From Setoptus koraiensis (Eukaryota; Animalia; Arthropoda): 64,000 nt of DNA. The notes under the pieces are model-generated. The model saw nothing but the letters and a program-made list of their open reading frames with translations, did no database searches and was not told where the DNA came from. The translations under genes were made by a program, and so were the position numbers. Below are positions 13,541 to 25,124 of the stretch, piece by piece (within the stretch, counting starts at the first letter, position 1; each line of letters opens with the position of its first letter). The stretch covers positions 9,920,001 through 9,984,000 of the forward strand of contig CM106586.1 of assembly GCA_048013815.1 (NCBI GenBank). Reading direction: 5' to 3'.

Positions 13541-13716
13541 TCATGCATTTAGTTGGGCTTTCTGTTGCTTCAATCTCATGTTTTCGGCATCCCTTCGGCG
13601 TCTCTCCTCCAGACTAAGACCTTTGTTTCCTTCTTTCACATCGGCTCCCTTCTTCTTTTGGAGCTCCAGTTGTTTCTTCTGGCTCTTCTGTCTGGCTAAT
13701 TCTCTTTGATTGCCAC
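13541..13716 (-). CDS. SERF: Small EDRK-rich factor (SERF/MOAG-4 family), coding exon 2 of 2; full protein 60 aa MARGNQRELARQKSQKKQLELQKKKGADVKEGNKGLSLEERRRRDAENMRLKQQKAQLNA
   Basis: Manual translation of the reverse complement matches the SERF signature MxRGNQRELARQK...RxxRDxExMxxKQ. Acceptor ttaaccag|GT GGC AAT at 13717/13716; stop TGA at 13543-13541. Confidence 0.92.
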
Positions 13717-13893
13717 CTGGTTAATTGGTATCAATAGAAATAGTAACAATAATAACGAAGATTTGCGTAGTGAAGACAACATTGAGCATGAAAAATATGA
13801 AAAATTATAATAATGTCATGAGAATTCAATTGGATCTATTCAATAGTGTGTAAGATATAGTGATTTGAGTGGCGATGAAGTAACCAAACTTAC

Positions 13894-13900
13894 GGGCCAT
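13894..13900 (-). CDS. SERF: SERF coding exon 1 (7 nt: ATG GCC C)
   Basis: ATGGCCC|gtaagt donor. The phase-1 intron 13893-13717 (177 bp) joins C+GT to give Arg3, and the exons total 183 nt = 60 aa plus stop. Confidence 0.88.
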
Positions 13901-16120
13901 CCTCGTGTCTAACTTATCCTTCCAGTGCAGTCAGTCTCGTTAGTTGTATCTTCGAGCTGTTATCTGCCGCTCTCCGGACAGATCGCTAAATTTATACTGT
14001 CAATTCAATGGATCAGGTGGAAATGTATAGAAAACCAGTAATTGGCGTTCGAGGTTAAATCCAATGATGTAATGATGTATTTATGATAAATTCAGGAGTT
14101 TATATGCGTATTTAAGAACGCGTCATCATATTCTCGTAATTTCTCGCGTTCTTGAAGAATGGATTTTTTTTTGTAACGCGCCATCTACATTTCATCGGCG
14201 AACTCAAACTGCAAACAGATCGAAGCGTTGTGCAGAGGTGGTGTCTTTTTGAGTTCAGGGTCGCCACAAACAGCCGAATAGGATCTGGCGACTAAAGGCA
14301 GCACGGATCTCAAACAAAGACCCAACTGCGCTTTATTTGAATTGGTCACAAGGATTCCGTGTCAAGGAATAGCTTTTTGGAAGAACTACATTTGCATCAT
14401 TTGCAAGAATCAACGATCAACGATTAGAAAATTTGATTTAAAACGAAACTTTCGTATATTCCTGATGCTACCGTTTCATTCATAGCAAGCGCTCTGAATG
14501 CGCAATGGAGAAAGACAGCTCGCAATTTTTTTTCATAAAAACAAACGCAGCGCCCACAGGTAGCGAACTGCACAACGTGCACGTGTTTGTGAAAATATTC
14601 CTTAGATCGGCCAAGAAACGCAAAAATCAATCAAACAATGTGAAAATGAATTCATTCAGAAAGTTCGTCCAGATTAGATTTGATGTGATTTTTCGCCATT
14701 TATCGCGTACATTCAAACGTTTTTCCTCGTCAGTTGTGTGGGATTTACCATGTGGTATCAGGTTGCAACTACCCACAAATGATGCAAAGATCTTTGGTAA
14801 CGCTAGCAACAACAACAGGTCTCTATTGTTGTGGGATGAGATAGGAATAACACATGGAAGGAAGCACCATGTTAAAATGGGTGGCTGACACGGCAATTAT
14901 TTATCAAGAAATCCTTGTCAGGATATCAGCATAAGACAACAGATAACCATATCGGCTGATAATATTCAACTTGCCCTCTATGAACACGCGTCTATATTTC
15001 AATAAAACGCAATGGATCGATTGGCAGGAATTTCATAAAGTCAGCCTGCAGGAATTTTGCATTATTCTCAGTACAATATGTCGGATCCTATGCGACGCTG
15101 CCACCGAAAGCTGCCTGTTGATTAGCGCCCCAGATACTGAAAATGCTTGAATAGCACAACGAGACAACAACAATAGTATCGGTAGTAGAGATATGAAATC
15201 GGAAAACGACTCATCGAGGTCGACAACAGCAACGGCAGCTGTCTTAGATTGCACCAACGGCATTACGATGACGATGATAAGTGCTTGCTGTTTTATATCG
15301 TATACGACAGGGTTGTCTATTATCTTATTGATCTACTATTGTTTTGTGGCTGACTCAACGACTTGCTGATGCCGCCGCCGCCGCCGCTAACTGTTAGTGG
15401 CAAGCTAGCTGGCACTGATGACAGGTAGTTAACATCGGTTAGAGATGTTCAATTAAAACATGTTGATAACAACAGCAGCACAACGAAAATGGTGAATGTA
15501 ATGGCGATGGTAATGATATGGTATAAACAGCACACAAATGATGCCGGCAATTCATGATGGCGAAAAAGACATGAATGGCTCGATCTCGTCTATCAAGCAA
15601 TAAATTTATGTCTAGCTAGACGGAATTACCACTATTACTATTTTCTTTGTTCAATCGACGCGCTCACTCTAATACCGCCTAATACACTTGTGCATCCCAG
15701 CTAGTCAATGGGATTCACGTAATATCACGAATACAAGTATTACCGCTACCACAACAACAACAACAACAACAACACCTCTGTTACAACAACAGCGACGGCG
15801 ACAACAACAACATCAACCACCATCACTATTGCACGGTATTAATATTATCACGGCGTCGGAAAGGCACACATTAACACAAGCTCAACACACTAGCTGCTCA
15901 GATGTCTAGCTGAATATGCGAGATAGCTGCTCGTCATTCATATGGTTAGCTAACAGCAACAAGTTGTTGATGTTTTTCGCTGTGTAATATCATTGTTGTG
16001 TGTATTAACACCACTACGTACTTGGAATCGTGCTCGCCGCCCGAGCTACGCTTCAGCCAAATTTATTAATTAACTAATTAATATCACATCACAACATCAT
16101 ATATATAACATCAGGTCAAG

Positions 16121-19100
16121 ATGAACGCCAGTTTTTTACACAACGGCGATATTGTATCTTTATATGCCGAGGGTGCATTTGTGCAAGGATTTTTAAGCAC
16201 GCTTGGACTAGTCGACGATAGATGCGTTGTGCAACCGAACGAAGGAGATTTAGAGCAACCCCCAAAGAAATTCCGTGATTGTCTATTTAAGGTGTGCCCC
16301 CAATATCGTTATTCTGCCCAAAAGCAATTTCTCAAAGATGGCAAACAATTTGATGCTCAATTATTTCAAAAGTTACACCATGCCGCCGAATTGGAGAAAC
16401 AACAAAATATTGCTGAACATAGAAGAGTCATTGGTAATGTTATACAATATGGTAGCATTGTACAATTATTGCATTTAAAATCAAACAAATTTCTCACTGT
16501 CAACAAGCGTCTGCCCGCTCTCATCGAACGCAACGCCATGCGACTTTATCTGGACTCAAACGGAAACGAGGGCAGCGGCTTCTACATTAGACCTTATTAC
16601 AAGTTAAGATCCGATGGAGACAATGTGGTGGTCAGTGATAAAGTTATACTAGCGCCAGTGAATGCATCAGGACAACAATTGCACGCCAGCAATCATGACT
16701 TGTTAGACAATCCCGGCTGTAAGGAAGTTAATGCAGTTAGCTGCTCAACAGCCTGGAAGATATCATTATTTATAGACTATAGTGAAAATTTGGATGACGT
16801 ACTCAAAGGCGGCGATGTTGTTCGATTGTTTCACGCCGAACAAGAGAAATTTCTCACCATGGACACATACGAAAATCAACAGCATGTCTTCTTGAGATCA
16901 ACTGGCCGAACCACTGCCACCGCGGCTACCTCATCTAAGGCTCTCTGGGAAATTGAGGTGATACACGAGGACCCCTGTAGGGCCGGAGCGGGCAAATGGA
17001 CTAGTATATTTAGATTGAAACATCTGGCAACGGAGCGATATTTGGCTGCGGAAAAAGACGACGATCCCAGTCCGGACAGTATGCGCGACAAATTGCGCGG
17101 TGATAAAGACCAATGTGTGTTCAAATTGATATCAGTTCCTTATTCCTACGACTTGTCGTCATTATTTCAGTTTGATCCCACTAGTGTTAAGGAGGACGAT
17201 CTTATTCCTACAAACTCTTACGTAAGATTGAAGCACTGGGCCACCGAGACCTGGGTGCACAGCACAAATATACCCATTGATTGTAAAGAGGAGAAATCAT
17301 ACATGTCCAAGGTGGGATGTGCCAGCATTAAGGAGGATCGTGAGGCTTTCGCGATAGTGCCAGTATCAGCCACTGAGGTTAGAGATTTAGATTTTGCCAA
17401 TGATGCCTGTCGCGTATTGACAGGAATAACTGTTGCATCAAACGATAATAGCGACAATATAACGGTGACCCCTGCCAAAGGAGCAGGTAAAATCAAGCGC
17501 ACCCGGCAGAAGCCCATAACTCAAACTGAACGCCGATTGTTGAATCAATTGCTACCGGAAATTATATATTTCATAGCTGATAGAGAGAATGATCCGCAAA
17601 AGTCTGAGCCGATATTGGACGTGCAAGTGGTCAATCCTAATCGAGAAAGACAGAAGCTATTGAGGGAACAAAACGTCCTTGAGCGACTATTTCAGATATT
17701 GGCCATAGAAAAGCAGACAGAAAGTGATGCGAACAAACATATATGTAGACTGTGTTATAGGATTTTAAAATTGTCACAGCAGAGTTATCGTAAGAATCAG
17801 GAGTACGTTGCAAAATGGTTCGCATTCATGCAAAATCAAATAGGCAAAGACATATTGGCTGAGGACACAATAACCGCGTTGTTACATAGCAATAGGAAAT
17901 TATTAGAGAAGCACATTACCGCTAGCGAAATAGAGACATTTGTGCAATTAGTTAGGAACAATCAACAAAGTCGCTTTTTAGACTATTTATCCGATTTGTG
18001 TACCAGCAACAATTTAGCCATTCCAGTTACACAAGAATTAATATGTAAATCGGTGCTATCCAACAAAAACTCAGACATTCTCATCAAGACTTATAAGAGC
18101 AAGCTTGATTCTAACTCAGATGATGTAATGCTTGTTTGGAAAGATAAGGTGCCCAAATCTATCAATCGGATCGCCATGAATGCTAGGATCGCAGGCAATA
18201 GTGCCGATGAATTTGTATTAGACTATTACAAGCACCAATTGGATTTATTTAGTGGTATGTGTTTAGATAGGCAATATTTGGCCATTGATGATTTGACGCC
18301 ATCGCTACCTGTTGATCTCATCCAGTTGTGTATGTCGGACGAGTCGTTGCCGTTTGAGTTGCGAGCCTCTTTTTGTCGACTCATGCTACACTTGCACGTT
18401 GATAGGGACCCACAAGAGCAAATAACACCCGTCAAGTATGCCAGATTATGGTCTGAGATACCCAAGCATATTAGCATAGAAGATTACGATCGCAACAAAA
18501 TAATATCGTCGGCAACGACAACATCATCACCTCAAACCGATATCTCAGACAATCATTACAAAGGTAACGGAGCCACAAACAATTGCAACAATAGCAACAA
18601 GACCAATGAAAATGGCATTCTGTTGGACCCCATGAGGAGTCGCCACTCAAAATTTAGTCTCACAATGGCGTTTGTTGAAAATTATCTACGTAATCTAGCC
18701 CAGCATGTATTGTCATTCTCAGACGACGAACAGAACAAGTTAACTTTTGAGGTGGTCAATCTGGCTAGAGAGCTGATATATTTTGGTTTTTACTCTTTTA
18801 GTCAACTACTTAAATTAACAAAAATTATATTGAACATATTGGATGATAGCGCCGATCAGGATCCTCTAGTTATGAGAACAAAATTAAAAATGATTGAAAT
18901 ATTACAATTTATACTTAACGTCAGGTTGGACTATCGTATAACGAGTTTATTGACAATATTCAAACGACAATTGATCAATCATCAAGAGCAACTCGAACAA
19001 GGATCCATGTCAATTGAGGCAGTTAGTCCTGTTCTCCTCGACGAGACAGCTCACGAAGCGGAAAGGATATTTGGCCAAAATGATAAAATTTATGAAATAG

Positions 19101-22100
19101 ATTTAGATGGTTGCGGAGGTAAAAAATTCCTCTGTGTCTTGCTTCATTTATCGATGCACACTTGTCCCGATTTGGTTAGCGCAAGCTTGCAATTGTTATT
19201 TAGACATTTCTCGCAACGTCAAGAGGTGTTACAAGCATTTAAGCAGGTACAATTGTTGGTATCGGCGTCCGATGTGGAAAATTACAAACAAATCAAGGGC
19301 GACTTAGACGAACTTCGTCTTTTAGTGGAAAAGTCAGAATTGTGGGTTTATAAGAGTCGCGATCATTCGCATTCTAGCCAGGACAACAACAACTATGTTA
19401 TAATCAACGACATACTTAGTCGCCTGATGCACCTATGTGTGAAAGGTGTCTCCAAACAAGATAATAGCTCTAAATTTTTGACTGTCAACAGTGATATTGT
19501 CAATAGAAAGAGGCGCAAACTGTACAATTGGGATGATTTAGTTGACGAATCGTGCACGCCAAGGAAACACGAGCAGCGACTATTGCGTAACATGGGCGCG
19601 CATAAGGTTATTTTGGAATTGCTTCAGATACCCTACGATAAGGCAGTGGACGAGTCTATGCCGGAAGTGATGCGCTCGGCGCATAGATTTTTGCAGAGTT
19701 TCTGTCTGGACAATTGTGCCAATCAATTGTTGTTGCACAAACAGTTGAATTTATTTATGGGTCCCGATTTGCTTGAGGCCCAAACAATGCGTGCCATTTT
19801 TCACAACAATCTACAATTGTGTAACGATGTCAACAAGTCGGTCATCGAGCACATTGTTCGTTGCATCGAAACGTTTGGTAAGCACGTGGAATATCTGAAA
19901 GTGTTGCAAACATTGATATGTGTAGAGAATCAATGTATCAGACGATGTCAGGATATTATAACGCACGAGTTGGTGGACGCAGGCGAGGATGTTATGGTGT
20001 TTTTCACTGACGGGACAGCATTCGAGAGATTCACCGAGATGATGGCCGAAGACAAGAAAAACAATGGATTGAATAGAGATCCAAAGCTTCAGTATCACAT
20101 TGAGCTAGTCAAATTGTTGTCCATGTGTACTGAGGGCAAGAACTCGTCCACTGAAATTAAGTGTCATTCTTTGTTGACTTTGGACGAAATAATACGCGTT
20201 GTCACGTGCGACGAATGCATCTATGACGTGAAGGATGTTTACGTTGCCTTTTTAGAGCACTGTTTTGTCGATACAGAGGTGGAAATGAAAGAGATTTACA
20301 CAACTAATCACATTTGGGACCTATTCGAGAATCTGTTGCTCGACCTGGGACAGGTTGTTGATTTGGGCTCGCAGGGTGCCAGTATTTCGGTTGATCCGTC
20401 CAAATTGTCGCTGGACAACTATGTGACAAACACTTGTATTGGTTTGTTGACGGCCTTCTTCAGTTCGCCTTTCTGTGATACTAGTAGTCTGCCAGAGAAA
20501 CACCACGGCACCTTCATCAAGCTCATTGAGAGGGTCTACCAGCTGGCCAGCAAAACTGTTTGGTTGACTAACATACAAAAGAAAACAATTGAAAAGTGTT
20601 TGGAGCTGCTGACAGAGACAGCAAAATCGCGCCAGGTGAGAGTTCCGCACGAAATCAACAAGCGCATTATGGATTTATTCACGAAGCACCCGTTCAATTC
20701 AATTGATCACGGCATGTTGAGCAAGCAACTAATGGCGACTCCGCTCAGCTGGAGGTCCCAGTGTCACGAGTCCGAAGAAATTGAAACTCAGACATTGCGA
20801 CGTAGATTTGCGACTGTGTCGACGCCGCAAATATCCGACATTTATCATCATAATGACACTAACAACACCACTGTTGACAGCAGCCTGAACACTTGCAGCG
20901 CTGCCCAAAGCGACAAGAAAAAGCACTCTTTTTCCGAAATGGCTCGCACGTCGGCGCCCCCGCAGACCCAGATCAACAACAACATCAGCAGCAGCAACAA
21001 CAACAACCTAGAGGCCACCAATAGACCGGCCATCATGCAGGGCAGAGGAGTGAGACGTCAGGGTATCGGCGAAGTGTCGCCGCTGATGGCGCTCAAGCAA
21101 ATGAACAGCACCTTTAGCTGCGACAGAAGCGTGTTGGAGGGCATGCAAGAGATCGTTTCCGTTTTGGAGAACCAATTGAGGCCGTTGGCACACGCAGAAA
21201 TGTCTGTTTTAGTTGATATTTTGCACCAGCCAGAGCTGTTATTCAGCGAGGACAGCACTGCCAGGCGAAAGAGTTGCGAGGGCGGACTAATATCGCACCT
21301 AGTGAATCATACGGAACACTTGTTAGAGGAAAAAGAGGAGATATTGTGCGTGCAAGTGCTCAAAGTATTGAAGGACATGATGTTTTTGGAGCACAACTTC
21401 GACGATCGAGGAGTGAAATTGCGCCAATCTCTGTTGAGCTGTTACTTTTCGTCCGGGCCGTCGTCGTCCGCCTCAGCGTCTTCCGCTCAAAATTCGTGCG
21501 GCGCGGGCGCCCACGACGCCAACCACAGCAACTTGGGTGCCGCAATCGGACAAAATGGGGCCGCTCACAACGTTTATTTGAGTCACATGTCGCTGCACGA
21601 CGTCCAGTGCAAACTAGACGCTCAGGGTGTCTCAGATCTGGTGGTCAAACTGATAATGCGACATCCCAGCAAACAGATATTTGTTGACACGGTCGAATTG
21701 GGCATAGCGCTGCTCGAGGGCGGCAACTCAACCATCCAGGAGTCCATATACACCCGGCTGACCGAATCGAAGAACGCCGAGAATTTTTTCAAGGTTATAC
21801 ATACCCGCATGCGGACCGCCCAGCAGGCCATTCGGACAAACATTAGCGCCCAGGGTATTCGGCCCACCGAGAGCGGAGCGGGCGGCTCGAATAGTCAACT
21901 GGTGGGCACCAGCCTCACTTCGTCGGGCATGGGCGTGGGCAATCAGCAGGGAGGCATGCGATTGTTGAAACAAATATCGGGCGCCACAGTACACGACAAA
22001 CTGTTGATGACCGAGGAGCTCAAGAAGGACCTGAAACAGACGGTGGCCATAACGCGCAAATCTTTCGAGATAGCGAAAGCGAAGCCCCACACCAGTCCGC

Positions 22101-23716
22101 ACCAGCAGAACATTATAGCGGAATTGAATCATCAGCAAAACGGAAGTGACGACGAGGACGTGGCCATGCCATTCTTGAATCGGTTGCCGTTTGAGGTGTC
22201 AGTGATGCAGCCCATATTGAGATTTTTGCAATTGTTGTGCGAGAATCACAACATAAATTTGCAAAATTATCTCAGATGCCAAGACAACAAAACTAGCTAC
22301 AATTTAGTGTCGCAAACGTTGGTGTTTCTCGACTGTATATGCGGCTCAACGACGGGCGGCCTGGGCCTGTTGGGTCTGTACATAAACGAGAACAACGTCG
22401 AGCTGATCAATCAAACACTGGAGACACTCACCGAATACTGTCAGGGCCCCTGTCACGAGAACCAATCGTGCATCACGAAGCACGAAAGTAACGGCATTGA
22501 CATCATCATTGCGCTTATATTGAACGACATCAAGCCGTTGGGCGATCAGCGAATGGATCTGGTGCTCGAATTGAAGGACAATGCCTCGAAATTGTTGTTG
22601 GCCATAATGGAATCTAGCGCCGATTCGCGAAACGCCGAGCGTATTCTCATGAACATGTCCACGGAGCAACTGATAAACGTTTGCATAAGTGCCTATCATC
22701 AGGACAAAGAGGACAATTACAGCAACGATCCCGGCTCGTACAGTCACTTTGACACGGACGATTGCAGTACGACGGGCACCGGCGCTAGCGGCGGATATTT
22801 GTTTTATTCGTGCGGCGACGGATCGGTGAGGCCGCGCGAAGTGGGCCACAACATTTACATATTGTGCCACCAGTTGGTGCAGCAATTCAACAAGGACACC
22901 AACAATGTCACCAATCAGCTCAGGATACCCACCTCGTTGGAGTCCGATTATGCCTCGGTGAAAACCTTTCAAACGGCAGTGGGGCCGTCCGGGCAAGCGG
23001 CCGGACAACAACAGTCGACAACTGGCGGACAAATTGCGGCTCAACAACACCAGCAGCAGCAACAACAACAACAACCGTTGAGCCAACAACAACACCAGCA
23101 ACAACTTGCATACAATCACAGTGTCAATCTCATTAGGGAGCAACATTCAAAAAACAGCGAGGCATTGCGCTATTACGAGTCGCATACGGCCCAGATAGAG
23201 ATTGTTCGCGAGGACAGAAAAATTGAGCGCATCATATTTCCGGTGCCGCGAATTTGCGAATATCTCACCAGAGAATCCAAGATTCAGGTGTATCAAAAAA
23301 CTGAACAAGACGAACAGGGCAGCAAAATTCCGGCCTTTTTCGCCAGAGCCGAGGGTCTGTACAATGAGATGCGCTGGCAAAAAGAGCTGCAAGCGAAGCC
23401 CATTTTGTATTGGACATCGCGCAATATGTCCACTTGGTCGTCGGTTGAATTTCAGCTCAGTATTCTCATTACGATGCTGATAGTTTTGAGCTACGCAAAC
23501 GGATCTATACAATCGCAAAGTTACAGTTTGGAGCAATGGTTTCTGGTGCTGGCCTTCACAACCGTGTCGGCCTTGTGCGCCTACCTGACGCCTCAGAAAT
23601 TTTATATGCAAACACTGTTTGTGTCCTCCGTGGGCCTATCGATCGGCCTGTTCGGCGTCGAGTTCAACCTGTTGCTGCTGGGCCTGCTGCTGGCCTCTAG
23701 CACGGTCGTTCACCTG
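16121..23716 (+). CDS. Itpr: Inositol 1,4,5-trisphosphate receptor, coding exon 1 (2532 codons)
   Basis: Suppressor domain start [40 protein letters not shown]3-binding core motifs [47 protein letters not shown] regions, [31 protein letters not shown], then TM1-TM3. Donor CTG|gtgagt at 23717, phase 0. Confidence 0.97.
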
Positions 23717-23918
23717 GTGAGTGCCCTACAATTTGGCCACAATTTGGCCACGATTCGGCCACAATTCGGCCTCAATTCAAATTTGATTAATTTGACCATT
23801 TCGACATCTAACTTGGAGCAGATTCTAACCGGAAGTTATCGTTCATTTCTTTATCCCATTTTTTGTATCATTCTTTTTTTGTATAATTCTTTTTTTTTTG
23901 CATTATGTAATGTCGCAG
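23717..23918 (+). other. Only coding intron of Itpr (202 bp, GT-AG, phase 0)
   Basis: gtgagt donor, long poly-T tract, tgtcgcag acceptor. Splicing gives VVHL|VSIMGNKGT, the expected IP3R TM3 motif, and joins the two ORF-track frames. Confidence 0.93.
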
Positions 23919-24731
23919 GTGAGCATCATGGGCAACAAGGGCACGCTAAACAAGTCGACGCTCGAGATTGTCAACGACCGCGACTTCCTGTTCAAGGTGG
24001 GCTACCTGCTGTTTGTGCTCATGGGACTGCTCATAAGCCCGCTATTTTATCCGGTGCTTCTACTCAATTTGGTCTATCGCGAGGAAACATTGCGCAATGT
24101 CATCAAGTCTGTGACAAAAAACGGAAAATCCATACTGATCACGGTGGTGCTGGGACTCATAGTTATACTGTTGTTTGCCATAGTGGCGCACAAATTCTTT
24201 CCGGAAGTGATACACATCGATTTGAAGGACGACAATAAGGAATATCCGTGCAAAATATCATTGTTCAAGTGTTATCTCACCCACATCAATTACGGGCTTA
24301 GAAATGGCGGCGGCATAGGCGACATAATGTATCCCGCCTCCACGGAGGAATCTGGCTACTATTTATATTTTGCTTTTGTGTTGGTATTTTTCACATTTAT
24401 AATCACTATTGTGCAGCTGATATTCGGTATTATATTGGATCAATTCGGTGCGTTGCGTAGCGAAAAGGAGAGCAAAGAACAGATATTGCGCGACACTTGT
24501 TTTGTTTGCGGCTTGCATCGGTCCGATTTTGAGAAGAAGAACGTGAAATTTGACGATCACGTTAAATACGAGCACAATCTGTGGCATTATTTATATTTTA
24601 TTGTGTTGGTTAGGGTGAAAAATTCCACCGAATTCACCGGGCCAGAATCGTACGTGAACAGCATGATAAAAAACAACAATTTAGACTGGTTCCCACGGAA
24701 GCGTGCAATGACTCTGGGCAATCAAATATGA
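23919..24731 (+). CDS. Itpr: IP3 receptor coding exon 2 (channel domain, 270 aa); spliced protein about 2802 aa
   Basis: [22 protein letters not shown], pore filter [12 protein letters not shown]6 LIFGIILD, zinc-binding linker TCFVCGL...[37 protein letters not shown]. Confidence 0.97.
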   Translation: MSIMGNKGTLNKSTLEIVNDRDFLFKVGYLLFVLMGLLISPLFYPVLLLNLVYREETLRNVIKSVTKNGKSILITVVLGLIVILLFAIVAHKFFPEVIHIDLKDDNKEYPCKISLFKCYLTHINYGLRNGGGIGDIMYPASTEESGYYLYFAFVLVFFTFIITIVQLIFGIILDQFGALRSEKESKEQILRDTCFVCGLHRSDFEKKNVKFDDHVKYEHNLWHYLYFIVLVRVKNSTEFTGPESYVNSMIKNNNLDWFPRKRAMTLGNQI

Positions 24732-25014
24732 GCGACACTGGCCAACCAGTCAGCTGGCTGGCCCACTGGCGCCCCATCACAACGAATCACTCATTCAATT
24801 TAGTTTAAGTTATATTTTTTATTATTACTATTATTATTATTATTTTATGATTGACAGCGTTGGCGCGCTCTACCGAGACCCACCAACAATCGAGTCACTT
24901 TTTGTCCGCGTCCAATGACGACGTCACGTCTAAAAATAGAATTCATGCGTCCGAAACGATTTATACATTGTTATGTCATGTTCATGCTGCAACAAGCCAC
25001 AAATTCAACAACAA

Positions 25015-25020
25015 AATAAA
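25015..25020 (+). terminator. Candidate AATAAA polyadenylation signal of Itpr
   Basis: The only AATAAA I found between the Itpr stop (24731) and the chitinase ATG (25125). Confidence 0.4.
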
Positions 25021-25124
25021 CCCAAAAGTTACACTATTGCACTCCCAGTTGTTTCAATTCCCAACTCCGAAATTTTATTTTTTATCCAATTCATACTCTA
25101 GGGGCCCGGCGACGCCAACCCGCC

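Noticed and set aside
23717-24238. Apparent frameshift or programmed frameshifting in Itpr (two overlapping ORFs, poly-T run)
   Set aside because: A canonical GT-AG phase-0 intron restores the conserved [10 protein letters not shown] motif, so no recoding is required.
16275-24587. Antisense and alternate-frame ORFs inside Itpr (and similarly inside KIF26)
   Set aside because: Shadow ORFs of long coding exons with no independent motifs.
24716-25124. IP3R-chitinase fusion protein via a GC donor (CTG G|gcaatc) to the acceptor at 25101, which would be in frame
   Set aside because: The GC donor lacks the strong consensus such sites need, and the chitinase has its own signal peptide. Only cDNA could revive this idea.
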